A DNA stretch of 64,000 bases from Octopus vulgaris (taxonomy: Eukaryota), in NCBI GenBank assembly GCA_951406725.2, contig OX597828.1, positions 41,478,001-41,542,000 of the forward strand, read 5' to 3'. The translations under genes and the position numbers were made by a program. The notes beneath the pieces are model-generated. The model ran no database searches. It had not been told where the DNA came from and saw nothing but the letters and a program-made list of their open reading frames with translations. Each line of letters begins with the position of its first letter. Within the stretch, counting starts at the first letter, position 1. Below are positions 27,682 to 40,364 of the stretch, piece by piece.

Positions 27682-27733
27682 TGAGAACGTACGTTTCAAG
27701 ATTAGTCAACACGACACTTCTATCATCAGCTCA
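27682..27733 (-). ncRNA. Minimal type I hammerhead ribozyme motif
   Basis: Reverse complement of TGAG-CTGATGA-(helix II)-GAAACGTACGTT-CTCA. Confidence 0.65.
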
Positions 27734-28486
27734 GAAACTCCTTGGTTTGGATTTGAAAACACTGAAAGTGAGAGCATACCCTTTCGGCTTCTCATCGCTT
27801 TCGAAGATCCGCTCGTAACTAACAGTGCCAACAAACTCAAATATGCAAGCGAGGAATTTCTGTTCTCCCCTTTCCACCAGCGTGGGTTAAAATCAGCAAG
27901 CACTATGCTTATTTCGGTAAAATCCGAAGCATTAATTAGAGGGAGATTAATTATAATTTCAACAATTGAGGGTAAAATTAATTAATTATTAATCAATTTC
28001 ACCAAGTGTTCAGTATGCAAAGGGACCATTTAAGGCGAATTCAAATTATTACATTATATAAAAGGGCTTAGTAAAATAAATTACTTTGCCGCATACTGAA
28101 CTCATTAGAAATAGCAGCTAAAAAACTTTTTTAAAACTATTTATTTTACTAAGCCCTTTTATATAATGTAATAATTTGAATTCGCCTTAAATGGTCCCTT
28201 TGCATACTGAACACTTGGTGAAATTGATTAATAATTAATTAATTTTACCCTCAATTGTTGAAATTATAATTAATCTCCCTCTAATTAATGCTTCGGATTT
28301 TACCGAAATAAGCATAGTGCTTGCTGATTTTAACCCACGCTGGTGGAAAGGGGAGAACAGAAATTCTTCGCTTGCATATTTGAGTTTGTTGGCACTGTTA
28401 GTTACAAGCGGATCTTCGAAAGCGATGAGAAGCCGAAAGGGTATGCTCTCACTTTCAGTGTTTTCAAATCCAAACCAAGGAGTTTC

Positions 28487-28538
28487 TGAGCTGATGATAG
28501 AAGTGTCGTGTTGACTAATCTTGAAATGTACGTTCTCA
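28487..28538 (+). ncRNA. Minimal type I hammerhead ribozyme motif (helix III C>T variant)
   Basis: TGAG CTGATGA TAGAAGTGTCGTGTTGACTAATCTT GAAATGTACGTT CTCA. Confidence 0.6.
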
Positions 28539-29045
28539 AATAACCTTTGCATTTGATTTTTTGATGTCTTTACCCCCAAACTTTCGTGAGTTGAGTTGAA
28601 CAAACACTATATGAGAGAGGTTTTCTTTAAGTATTAGAAATAGTTTTAAAAAGTTTTTTAGCTGCTATTTCTAATGAGTTCAGTATGCGGCAAAGTAATT
28701 TATTTTACTAAGCCCTTTTATATAATGTAATAATTTGAATTCGCCTTAAATGGTCCCTTTGCATACTGAACACTTGGTGAAATTGATTAATAATTAATTA
28801 ATTTTACCCTCAATTGTTGAAATTATAATTAATCTCCCTCTAATTAATGCTTCGGATTTTACCGAAATAAGCATAGTGTTTGCTGATTTTAACCCACGCT
28901 GGTGGAAAGGGGAGAACAGAAATTCTTCGCTTGCATATTTGAGTTTGTTGGCACTGTTAGTTACGAGCGGATCTTCGAAAGCGATGAGAAGCCGAAAGGG
29001 TATGCTCTCACTTTCAGTGTTTTCAAATCCAAACCAAGGAGTTTC

Positions 29046-29097
29046 TGAGCTGATGATAGAAGCGTCGTGTTGACTAATCTTGAAACGTACGTTCTCA
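29046..29097 (+). ncRNA. Minimal type I hammerhead ribozyme motif
   Basis: TGAG CTGATGA TAGAAGCGTCGTGTTGACTAATCTT GAAACGTACGTT CTCA. Helix I is TGAG/CTCA, the core is intact, helix III is palindromic, and the cleavage triplet is GUU. Confidence 0.68.
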
Positions 29098-29288
29098 AAT
29101 AACCTTTGCATTTGATTTTTTGATGTCTTTACCCCCAAACTTTCGTGAGTTGAGTTGAGCAAACACTATATGAGAGAGGTTTTCTTTAAGTATTAGAAAT
29201 AGTTTTAAAAAGTTTTTTAGCTGCTATTTCTAATGAGTTCAGTATGCGGCAAAGTAATTTATTTTACTAAGCCCTTTTATATAATGTA

Positions 29289-29319
<31 letters not shown>

Positions 29320-29712
29320 GATAGATAGATGGACAGCTGTATAGGTAGATAGAATGATAGATAGATAGACATAAACAGATGGATGACTGGATGGATAGAT
29401 GGATGAACAGAAAGATAGATAGAAATATTGATACATAGATGGACGGACAGACAGATGGATGGATTAAGATAGAGTAAGGAGAAAATGTGAGCATGAAAGA
29501 GACAGAAAAAATGTTTCATATTTACGGTTCACATACAATATAACTCAACATTCCACCCACCCCACAAAAAGAAGACCTACACATGATACTGTCTCACACA
29601 CACTCACACACACACACACACACACATGCCAACTTAAACTTACCCCTAGTCATGCACACTCATACATACAGTTTCACACAGTCACGCGCACACTCAAACA
29701 CATTCAAATACA

Positions 29713-29770
<58 letters not shown>

Positions 29771-29787
29771 ACACTCTTACATATGTA

Positions 29788-30040
29788 GTGGAGGCATAAG
29801 GCTTAGTGGTTAGGGTGTTGGACTCATGAGTGTAAGATTGTGGTTTCGATTCCTGGATTGGGTGACGCGTTGTGTTCTTGAGCAAAACACTTCACTTCAT
29901 GTTGCTCCAGTCCAATCAACTAGTGAAAAGGAGTAATCCTGCGATGGATCAGCGACCTGTCCAGGGGGGAATTTTTACACCACTGGGAAATGGGAAACTG
30001 GCCCTTATGAGCCTGGCATGGTTCGAGAAGAAACCATTTC
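29788..30040 (+). mobile_element. tRNA-derived SINE family D (V-domain-like; partial copy ~41600-41790 -)
   Basis: tRNA-like head GGCTTAGTGGTTAGG...GGTTTCGATTCC. CCTGCGATGGA...CCTGTCCAGGGG resembles the V-SINE domain. Confidence 0.7.
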
Positions 30041-30126
30041 TTCTTCTTCTTTCTTCTTACATACACAGTCAGACACTGACAATTTTACACACATATACTC
30101 ACTGCCACATCACACTCAAATATATA

Positions 30127-30742
30127 TTAGGGGTTGCTGAAAAGTTCCTGGCTTTGGGTAAAAGAAAATACAGGAGAGTCAGTTAATTATGATTTTATTC
30201 AATACTAGCAGTATCGCCCGGCGTTGCTCGGGTTTGTAAGGGAAATAACTATATAAGCATTTTTAGAGATGTAAAGTATAATAGCCATCTCAATATGGCT
30301 AACCACAAAGGGGGTGTGTTACTGCAGCTTTTTATGTTCTGAGATTTAATGATAAATTTTTAGAGAGTTACTTCCCTTATATATGCCAAAAATGCATTAA
30401 AAATGGGAAAAATTGATGGTAAATTTTTTTTTAAATTGTAGACTCATCGTAGACGTGTGCGCTAATACCCAGAAGGGCTCGATATGAATCACGACTATAA
30501 GATACCCGCTTTTAGTTAAACTGCACCGCAAAATGTGGGAGTAGTTAGGAATCTAAATCGTAGGAGACAGATACTCACACAACTTCACTTTTATATATAA
30601 AGATATTCCCCTCTCAGATTCACACACTTATTGCAATGAGCCTTCCGTTTTTCTAAGCCCTGTAAAAGAACTCAGAAGGTTGAGTCTCCACTCAGGCTTT
30701 TTATTATACCCTTACAGCCAGGAACTTTTCAGCACCCCTTTG
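30127..30742. mobile_element. mariner-type MITE with nested Helitron
   Basis: TIRs GGGG-TGCTGAAAAGTTCCTGGCT / AGCCAGGAACTTTTCAGCACCCC, flanked by TA. Confidence 0.78.
30205..30603 (-). mobile_element. Non-autonomous Helitron, complete
   Basis: On the - strand: 5' TC, 3' hairpin CCCGAGCAACGCCGGG plus CTAG, inserted at A|T without a TSD. Confidence 0.82.
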
Positions 30743-31878
30743 TATACACACACACACACATATTTGTCGATTTGATTGAGGGAGTGAACTAATATACTGC
30801 ATAAAAATTTGATCCCTACAAACAAAGCATCTGTGCAGTTGTTCCACAAGAAGTTGTGGAACCCTCATCAATCAGTTACTATGGGAGAGGTCGTACATAA
30901 CATGTTCGTATATATTTGGGTGTGATAAAACCTTCCACAGTGGAGATGGTCCCAGAGGGAAATTCTTCACCTAGATCTATGTGAAAACATATGTTGGGGG
31001 TGAATGGTAGGGGACTGTTAATGACTTTGTGGGACCACCGAGTGATTGTGTTTTTGTGTTGTTCCACTTTGTCAGTTATGAAAGCCAAAGACGTGACATC
31101 CCAAATAAGAATGAAATCGTTCTTATTAGAACAGCTTATGGAATGTTTGCTGATGTGCAAAATGCTTGATCAAGCCAGAATTAACTAAATAATGTCACTC
31201 AAAGCAGTGTTGAATAAAAAATATTTGTTTTAAGTCATATTTAATATATTTGAGTGTATTTGGATGTGTTCAGAACTTTCACTGTGGAGACTGTCTCAAG
31301 AGACAATTCTTCACCAAGACACAAGTGGAAACACACTTTGGTGGGTGAGGCCGTGAATGGCGTCCCTGGATTGCAGGACACATGCATTTCTGCGTTGTTC
31401 TGCTTCATCAGCTAATGGGGGTTGCTTCTGCTGTGTTCTGTTAAGTTCTGCATCCTAACAATAAAATATGTACTGAATTCAATGTGAATGATTAATCTCT
31501 TAAAGGCGGTGCCCCAGCATGGCTGTGTGGCCGCAGTTCAGTGATTGTACAAGTGAATGAATGAAAGAATTAATATATTGGTAATAACTGAATGACTGAA
31601 TCTAGTGAAATGGGGTGTGTATGTGTGTGTGCGTGTATGTGGTTGAATGTATATATGTATATGTATATATTTGCATGTTTGTTTATGTGGACAAGTATTG
31701 CATATGCATCTGTGTGTATGAAGGAATGTGCATGTGTATGTGTATGTATCTGTGAGTGCGTGAATGAATGCATATTTGTATGTGGTTGCATCCGAACAGA
31801 GAAAAACACACATGTAGACAGAGTAACACAAAGAATGGATGAGGGAGAAAGAGTGAGAGGAAGAGAATGAGAGAGAGA

Positions 31879-31923
<45 letters not shown>

Positions 31924-32884
31924 ATACACAAAGTAACAATGAGAAAGGCGAGAGATAACAGAAAAAAATACAATCTGTCATTTACTACAGGTGGTGGTGG
32001 ATGGTGGTGGTGGTTGTGATGGTTGTGGTGGTGGTGGTAGTGGTCAGCTGTACATCCTTCTTGTTCCTTGTACGCTGCTATACATGCTGATTAAGGTGAA
32101 TCTCCTCTCTGAGGAGGTGAGGGTCAGAACTGGACATCTAGATTGAGGTCGCAGGGGTGACGGGAAGAGGAAGACAAGGCGAAGGAGGAAAGAGTTTGAT
32201 GGCTACATCCTAACCACCACCACCGTCACCACCACTGCCACCCCTACTACCACCACTATACCTTCCCCCACCAGCAACAACAACAACAACAACAACGCCA
32301 GTGCAACAATAACTATTTCTACTGCTGGATTCCACTTGATGCAGGTGAGGGTCATTCGTCTACATCCAGATTGAGGTCATCTCCACTAAGGTCGGGTCAG
32401 GGTCAAGGGTCAACTTGATGTAATCATCAAACTGCTTGATGGTTCGCTGGTAGATTTGCTACATTGAGCTGGCTTAATGGATGCATGTGTTTATATGTGT
32501 GAGTATATGTGTATATGTGTGTGTGTGTGTATGTGAGCGTGTGTATGTGTCTATATATGTATTACATGCATGAAGTCATACATATGTGTATATATATATA
32601 TATGTATATATATATATAGATATAAATGCTTACACACAAACATGCACACACACACACATTTGTATGTATACATATACATGCATATATACATATACACACA
32701 TTCATTTAATGTTTACAGTGATTGTTTATTTGAAAGTTTTGCAGTTAAAGCTGGCTTCTCATTTACATACATATGTGTATATATGTATATATGTAGATAT
32801 ATATATATATAGACATATATATATACATATATATTTACATATATATCTATCTATCTATTTATCTACCTATCTATATATATATAT

Positions 32885-32957
<73 letters not shown>

Positions 32958-33261
32958 GCATATTTATAAATATATATATATGTATGTACAAATATATATA
33001 CATGAGCCTATACATACAAATACACACACACACACACATACACACACACACATATATATATGTATATATATATATAAAAGTTTTCACACATGTGCATACA
33101 GACATATCTGTCCGTGTATGTATGTGTATAGTTATATATGCATGTGTGTATGTGTGCATATGTAAATGTATTGCTTGTGCATGTGTGCAGATCCATTTCT
33201 AAATAATTTTCTCCTCTTCCCTCTGTGTGTGTGTATACATACATACATATGTGTGTATAAT

Positions 33262-33348
<87 letters not shown>

Positions 33349-33629
33349 CACAAACACACACATTATATGTGTGTGTATGTACATATGTGTATGCATGCAT
33401 GTATGTATGTATGTATGTATGTATGTATGTATGTATGTATGTATGTATGTATGTATTAAATATACTGTTAGTAAATATGTGGGATAAGCAGTAGGTATTA
33501 TTAAATTGAGTTTCCAACAGATGCCTTTATCAAAATGAGACATTATGTAAAAATATTTTGTTAGCAAAGTTTTGATGTGTGTGCATGTGTGTGTATGTGT
33601 GTGCGCATATATATGTATATGTGTATATA

Positions 33630-33708
<79 letters not shown>

Positions 33709-34172
33709 ACACTTATACAGGAAGTCCATAAATTACCTTCACAATTGAAAGTGTGGATATGTGGAAGTGGTAAAGATAATTTATAGAAATTTTTATTCTT
33801 ATGTTCAGTTATAATAAAAACAGTTTTACATTAATCTGAAGGATTAATCAACACTTTTGTTGAGTACAGATTTATTATTCTTAAACAAGAATATTATTGA
33901 TAGTGACTTCGGAGTTTCGACCAGCTAAGCCTTCTTCAAACTGATGTTGGCTTATCTGGCCAAAACCTCAAAGTCACTGGGTCGCTTTGATAATGTTGTG
34001 TTAACATATTTTGGGGATAATATTAATATTAATTTTAATTATATTTTAGACATGTATACACACACACACACACATATATATGTATGTATATATACATATA
34101 TATATACATATATATATATACATATATATATATATATGTATATATATATACATATATGCATATATGTATATA

Positions 34173-34206
<34 letters not shown>

Positions 34207-34238
34207 CATACATATATATATACATATATGCATATATG

Positions 34239-34272
<34 letters not shown>

Positions 34273-34394
34273 CAGAAATATAACAAAAGCTGTTACTCAG
34301 AGTTTCATGTTTCCGTTCGTCGGGCAGTTTTGTTAAAAAACCCCAAAAAACTGGGAACGTGAAACTCTGAGTAACAGCTTTTGTTATATTTCTG
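34273..34394. repeat. Hairpin element between (TA)n tracts
   Basis: ~40-bp arms CAGAAATATAACAAAAGCTGTTACTCAGAGTTTCA and its reverse complement. Confidence 0.9.
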
Positions 34395-34480
34395 CTGCTT
34401 TTAAATAAAGCATATTACTCTACCTCTGGTAATTGAGTACTCTTCTTTCCTCCTTGTTTCACATTTAAGTGCTTACTCTG

Positions 34481-34524
<44 letters not shown>

Positions 34525-35465
34525 ATCCTCCGTCTTCAAATATCACGGTAGTGCCACAATATTGTGACAGATGGTTTTGTTACACTCTCCCAGTGTTGTA
34601 ACAATAAACAAGATAGTGATGCTGCCATAAGAAAAACGTAATGATCCAAAAATCTCTTCACAAACCAACAATCAATATTCCAAATGAACTAACCAACTGA
34701 CACCTTCTGAAGTCACTGCAAACTCAACTCAACTCTAACATACAAACTTCACTCTGACCACTACTATATATAATCGCTAGGTCCAGTCTATTTCTCGCAA
34801 GAGGGTGTTGTAACTCTTATCAAAACATCTCCTCCTATAAGATTTCGACTTTTGCAATAAGTGAAATTTATTTTATTTTTTTCTTTATCCACTACCTCAT
34901 CTTCTCACTCTTGTTTTTTAAAATTTAGTGTCTTTTTTGATTTGGCATTAATGCTGAGTGTACAGTCGGTTTCCTTTTTCTACTGCTGCTTCTATGAGGC
35001 TCAATCTTTTTCGGTGCTGGCACCTCAAACATGTCATAGCAAACTTCCATTGTTATTTCCTTTCGTTTTTCAGTATGCCTCATCTTTAATTGGTTTGGGG
35101 ATCTCTTATGTTCCCAACATTGTTCTTTAATTACATACATCATGTTTCTTAATCTTTTAGTTACAAAACTATTCTCCCAGCCTTCTTTACCATTTTTATA
35201 AATTTTAAAATGAACTTTATCTCCTACTTCGAAATCGGTGCTCTTTTGTGGCCTGCTGTCTATGACTATATATTTGTCTAAAACTCTAAAATTAATCAGA
35301 AAATCATCAGATATGTCATTTACAGGAATTCCAGATTTTTTAACATAATTGAAATTTTTTATAAATTACTGTAGAATTTTTTAAATTTCTAAGTTTGGTA
35401 GAAAGTCACTCATTAATTATCAAAGATATTACAGCCATCGGCTGACCAAAGCCTTGTGAGTGGAT

Positions 35466-35688
35466 TTGAGAAGGAGAGAAGCTTTCTCCATCCGGGTTGT
35501 GGATCCATGGAACAAGCTGCCAGACGAGATGGTGAAGATGCCGACGACTGCTTTGTTCAAAGTCTCCCTAGACCTCAAGTGGCCTGAACTCTTTACATGA
35601 ACACCACCCTGTACATAACTCCATGTCCCCCTACATGGCCTTGCTTTTTGCTTTTTGAGCCCAAAAATAAACTAACTAACTAACTAAC
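35466..35688 (+). mobile_element. CR1-type LINE 3' end
   Basis: Homologous to 1110-1523 and ends in (TAAC)n. Confidence 0.88.
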
Positions 35689-35793
35689 ATACATACATAC
35701 ATACATACATACATACATGCATACATACATACATACATACATACATACATACACATGCACATACATACATACATACATACATACATACATACA

Positions 35794-35828
<35 letters not shown>

Positions 35829-35864
35829 GTACATACATACATATATACATATATACATATATAC

Positions 35865-35919
<55 letters not shown>

Positions 35920-35923
35920 CTAT

Positions 35924-36370
35924 ATTACATGGAAAAATGCAAGCATGAACAGTAATATTCTTAAGATTATAAACCTGGAAAAGTACAGGACAAGATATTT
36001 CACCTGTAAAAGTATAGGAATGCCAGTTCTTCTAATTTATAGTTCTCATCTCTTAAATTTATTGTACAAAACTGTTCAGCTAATTTGCAAGTTGGTCTAA
36101 TTAGTCACTTTTTTCTGTAGTTAAGGTAGTAAATTAGCCAAATTCTACTTAAATAAGTATGGTGTTATTTGTAAACTATAATAAAATAAGTTTTAATATT
36201 CAAATTATAATTTTAGCTGCAATATTTTAAGTAAAATGTTTCTTATTCTCTACTTTACTAGAAGTAATAGCTTGTCATATACTTTTACAGGTGTAATAAC
36301 TTGTCCTGTACTTTTCCAGGTTTATAATCTTAAGAATATTACTGTTCATGCTTGCATTTTTTCATGTAAT
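35924..36370. mobile_element. MITE/fold-back with ~110-bp TIRs
   Basis: 35924-36035 is the reverse complement of 36258-36370, with the outer ~70 bp nearly perfect. Confidence 0.82.
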
Positions 36371-36882
36371 CCATGATTTTTTCTGGCATTGCTGTTATAA
36401 GATAATTAAAATTGTGTCAATTAATAATTTAAGGTTTTACCTTATAAAATACTGAAAGATGATATTTCAATTTTTCCATGTAAGTGATGATAATATTTCA
36501 ATTTTTTTCATGTTTAATTTAAATATATGTTGTGATTGAATTATCTGATATTACCCATCCACACCAAATTAATGGCAGGGATTTTTACTATGTTGTTGGT
36601 TGCACCATGGCTCACCAAAAGTTACAAACAACACGGCCCCAAAACCATCAGTTACCAGGCTCACCTTAAGTAACCTAATTTTGCTATATTAGGAGGTCAC
36701 AGGAATTCATTCAACGAAAAAAATTTCCAATGATTCTGGGATTGGGTGGGTGGGTGTACCCCACCTCATTTCCGAACCAAAATAAGGTATTTGCAGCATA
36801 TTCGTCGCAAAAAATAAATTTTGTTTTTAGTGAAAATCATGCAAGTGTTAATATAGAAATTTACCATAATGTTGTTGCTATT

Positions 36883-36925
<43 letters not shown>

Positions 36926-37028
36926 AATGAGGGTGAAAAATTTGATATTAAATTCAATAATACCATCAATTTAACACCAAGTGGCTTAGCACATAAAAAC
37001 CAGGGATACAAATCAAATTTATATATAA

Positions 37029-37205
37029 ATATGAGAGAGAAACCACTATGTGGTCGACTCTAGTGCTAAAAATAGATCCGCTATGGTATAGCCACTAAAA
37101 ATTGTTTCCAAGGAGAAATACCCTCCTTGGAAACAATTTTTAGTGGCTATACCATAGCGGATCTATTTTTAGCACTAGAGTCGACCACATAGTGGTTACT
37201 CTCTC

Positions 37206-37209
<4 letters not shown>
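37029..37209. repeat. Near-perfect hairpin, 87-bp arms, 7-nt loop
   Basis: 37029-37115 vs 37123-37209, one mismatch seen. Confidence 0.93.
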
Positions 37210-37244
<35 letters not shown>

Positions 37245-37608
37245 CAGGGTACTGGTCAGCCTGGGGCTATAGTAAAAGATGTTTACTGGAGATTTCATGC
37301 AGTGGTACTGAACCTGGAACAATGTGGTTTGGAAGCAAATTTTGACCAGAATATATGTATGAATGCATGTATGTATGTATGTGTACATACATAGATATAT
37401 CCATACACAGAGATAAACACTATGTATGCAAGCGTAAAAAAAGCAGAGATGAAACTGCAAAAGCCATGATACAGAAATATATAAGTGTGTATGGATGTGT
37501 ATGCATGCATGTGTGTGCGTGTGTGTTTACAAACATTCATGACTATGTAAATACATATGCAGTTATCTACACTTACCTAAATATATATATACACATATAC
37601 ATACATAC

Positions 37609-37664
<56 letters not shown>

Positions 37665-37678
37665 TAAATACATATACA

Positions 37679-37739
<61 letters not shown>

Positions 37740-37748
37740 ATACATATA

Positions 37749-37840
<92 letters not shown>

Positions 37841-38061
37841 TGTAGGTATGTAGGTATGTATGTATTTACATCTAAGCATGTATTCACATTATTTCCTAAG
37901 CCATCTTCCCATCTTCCCATCTTCCCATCTTCCCCAAGGGGTTAGAAAGGGTCAAAGGGATGTCTTGCAATGTTAACATTATTTTTGAAGAGTGCAGTGA
38001 GCAGGAAAACATTCGGCCAATCAGCAGCTTTGCAAACGAGGAGGAACAAAGAAACAAATAA

Positions 38062-38108
<47 letters not shown>

Positions 38109-38213
38109 AATGGTTAGATAAATACATATGTGTGTATGCATGTATACACAATTATACATTTAAAACAACTTCTATACATATATAAACATATATATGTATA
38201 TTTATGTATATAT

Positions 38214-38295
<82 letters not shown>

Positions 38296-38346
38296 GTATA
38301 TATGTATATACTTACATGTATATATATATGTATATATATCTGTATG

Positions 38347-38395
<49 letters not shown>

Positions 38396-38725
38396 TTGTA
38401 TTTTAGTGATGATGTTGCAGCTTTAATAATATATATATATAGATAGATATGTAGATACCGGTATGTTTCTGTATATTTAAGTATATATACATATATAACA
38501 TAAATGTGTGCATATATTAAGTGTATTGCATATATATTGTGTATATACATGTATATGTGTGTGTGTTTGTGTGTATATATATATATGTGTGAGTATATAT
38601 ATATACATATATATATATGTATATGTATAAGCAGTAACAATGATGATGATGATTTCTTTTATTGGCAACAAGGGCCCAAGACATTGTGGGCAATATCAAA
38701 GGATGAAAAGCTAATAATGCTAAAA

Positions 38726-38757
<32 letters not shown>

Positions 38758-40364
38758 AATGATGATGACGATGACGATGATGATGACTATGCTGCCTTTG
38801 CTGCTGCTGCTGCTGCAGATGATGATGATGATGATGTTGATAATGATATCACAATTTCTTTCTTACCCATGAATACTCAAAGAATAGACAAAGACTGTAC
38901 AAAGAACAGAATCTAAAAAAAAATGGTTTCGGGGTTGGGTGTGGGTGTTGAGTAAAAAAAAAACACACACAAAAAACAAATCATGTGATAGCCAAACATA
39001 TATCACGAAATTTTCACTGAACAAAATTTCCCTATAAGAGGTATTGGTAGCTAAGGGCCAGCCAAAGAAACCCCCCAAAGCCTTGATCGTCGAGAACAAA
39101 TGACTTTAACATTTTATCATTGGAACCCTTCTTAGATTAGACCCATTCCCACAATTTGCTAATTTCACTCATCTTTCAAAGAATTTACTGGAAGAGAGTA
39201 ACTCCCAGTAATTTCCCCCTCTCCCCTAACCTTCCTTTCCAAATGAATCTTGAGGAGGGCTTGGGTCAGAGAGGTTAGAGTTTGTCTTCAGTTCTTTCTG
39301 TCTTGACCATCACATGACTTCTTTCGCCATAGCCACGAGACAGATAAAAGCTACCCCTCCCCCTTTGCTAATTTCTACTCAAAGAAGGGATGTAAGGAGG
39401 TCTAAGGGATGGATTCAGCTGAGAGACTGCTTCCTTCCATTTCCAGCAACAGATGTAGGATAAAATCCACAAATCAGTAATGTTCAGACATGAAACCAAT
39501 ACCTTCAAAACAGTAACACTTCTCTTTTGCATATCTTAGACAACCCTGACCAATGGCACTTCCATGCCTGAAGAGTTTATTTTGACCAGCTTTACCTATC
39601 AGCACAAGCATAGCTAGTGTCTGTGTGCCGCTTGAGGTGGCCTTTCCATTTACCACTCCCGGACTCCACAAAAATCACATATTGCCTACTGCAAATCCAA
39701 AAGTGCTGCCCCTTTAAAATTGCCACCCGGTGCAGACCTCCCCCTACTCCCCCTTCCTAGCTGCGCTAGTGCCTGTCAATCAAAGATTTTGTCAAGTTAT
39801 TGTTCCCTGGAATATGGGTTCCCCCAAACTGACCAGCCAATTGATTTCCATGGGCCACCAGACTTACCCCAAAAAACGTTGCTCTTCTTCCCCATTAGTC
39901 CTCTATAAATTACCAATGTGAAAAGTCTGCAGATGGCATTGGTAAAATGACTTGGGTCTGTGAGCGCTCGACAACATTCTAGATGTCAGTTGCCAAGTCT
40001 TGGTCTTCTTTTCACCCAAGACTGCAGTTGCATGAATGAGACAAATTGCCTCCTACCCCACCAATCTAATGTCTCTATCCCCTGTTATGTTCCCCTTTTT
40101 GTACCTTGAGAGGTTGCTCTGGTACACCATCACTACCATTTTTATCTTGTTCCCAGCTGCTCTGATCTACCCTTACATAATGCAGGGTAGCCGTGTATCA
40201 CCTCTATAGCAAGACATCTTTGTCTGTCCCTCTATCATACTTTTGCTCAGTGGTTCTCAACTGGGATTCATGTGACCCTTGGGGACCCATGTGGGATTTT
40301 GTTTGTAAAATTTATGTGAATTAAGTTGGTGAAACTTCTACAATAAGCAAAATATTTTCTCTTT

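Larger units (their letters stand above)
27398..29296. mobile_element. Tandem plus inverted array of a 559/560-bp unit carrying hammerhead motifs (Penelope pLTR/retrozyme-like)
   Basis: Forward ~1.3 units (27398-28141; AACAATTGAG at 27401 and 27961), then ~2.1 inverted units (ORF offset 28235/28794 = 559). Bounded by (TA)n on both sides. Confidence 0.9.

Noticed and set aside
27617-29162. 122-aa ORF present three times as a gene family
   Set aside because: It starts at TTG, has no recognisable domain, lies antisense to the hammerhead strand, and is open in all copies only because they are nearly identical.
30780-31480. ORFs 30879-31160 and 30991-31188
   Set aside because: No recognisable motif; probably decayed repeat, and cannot be assigned without a search.
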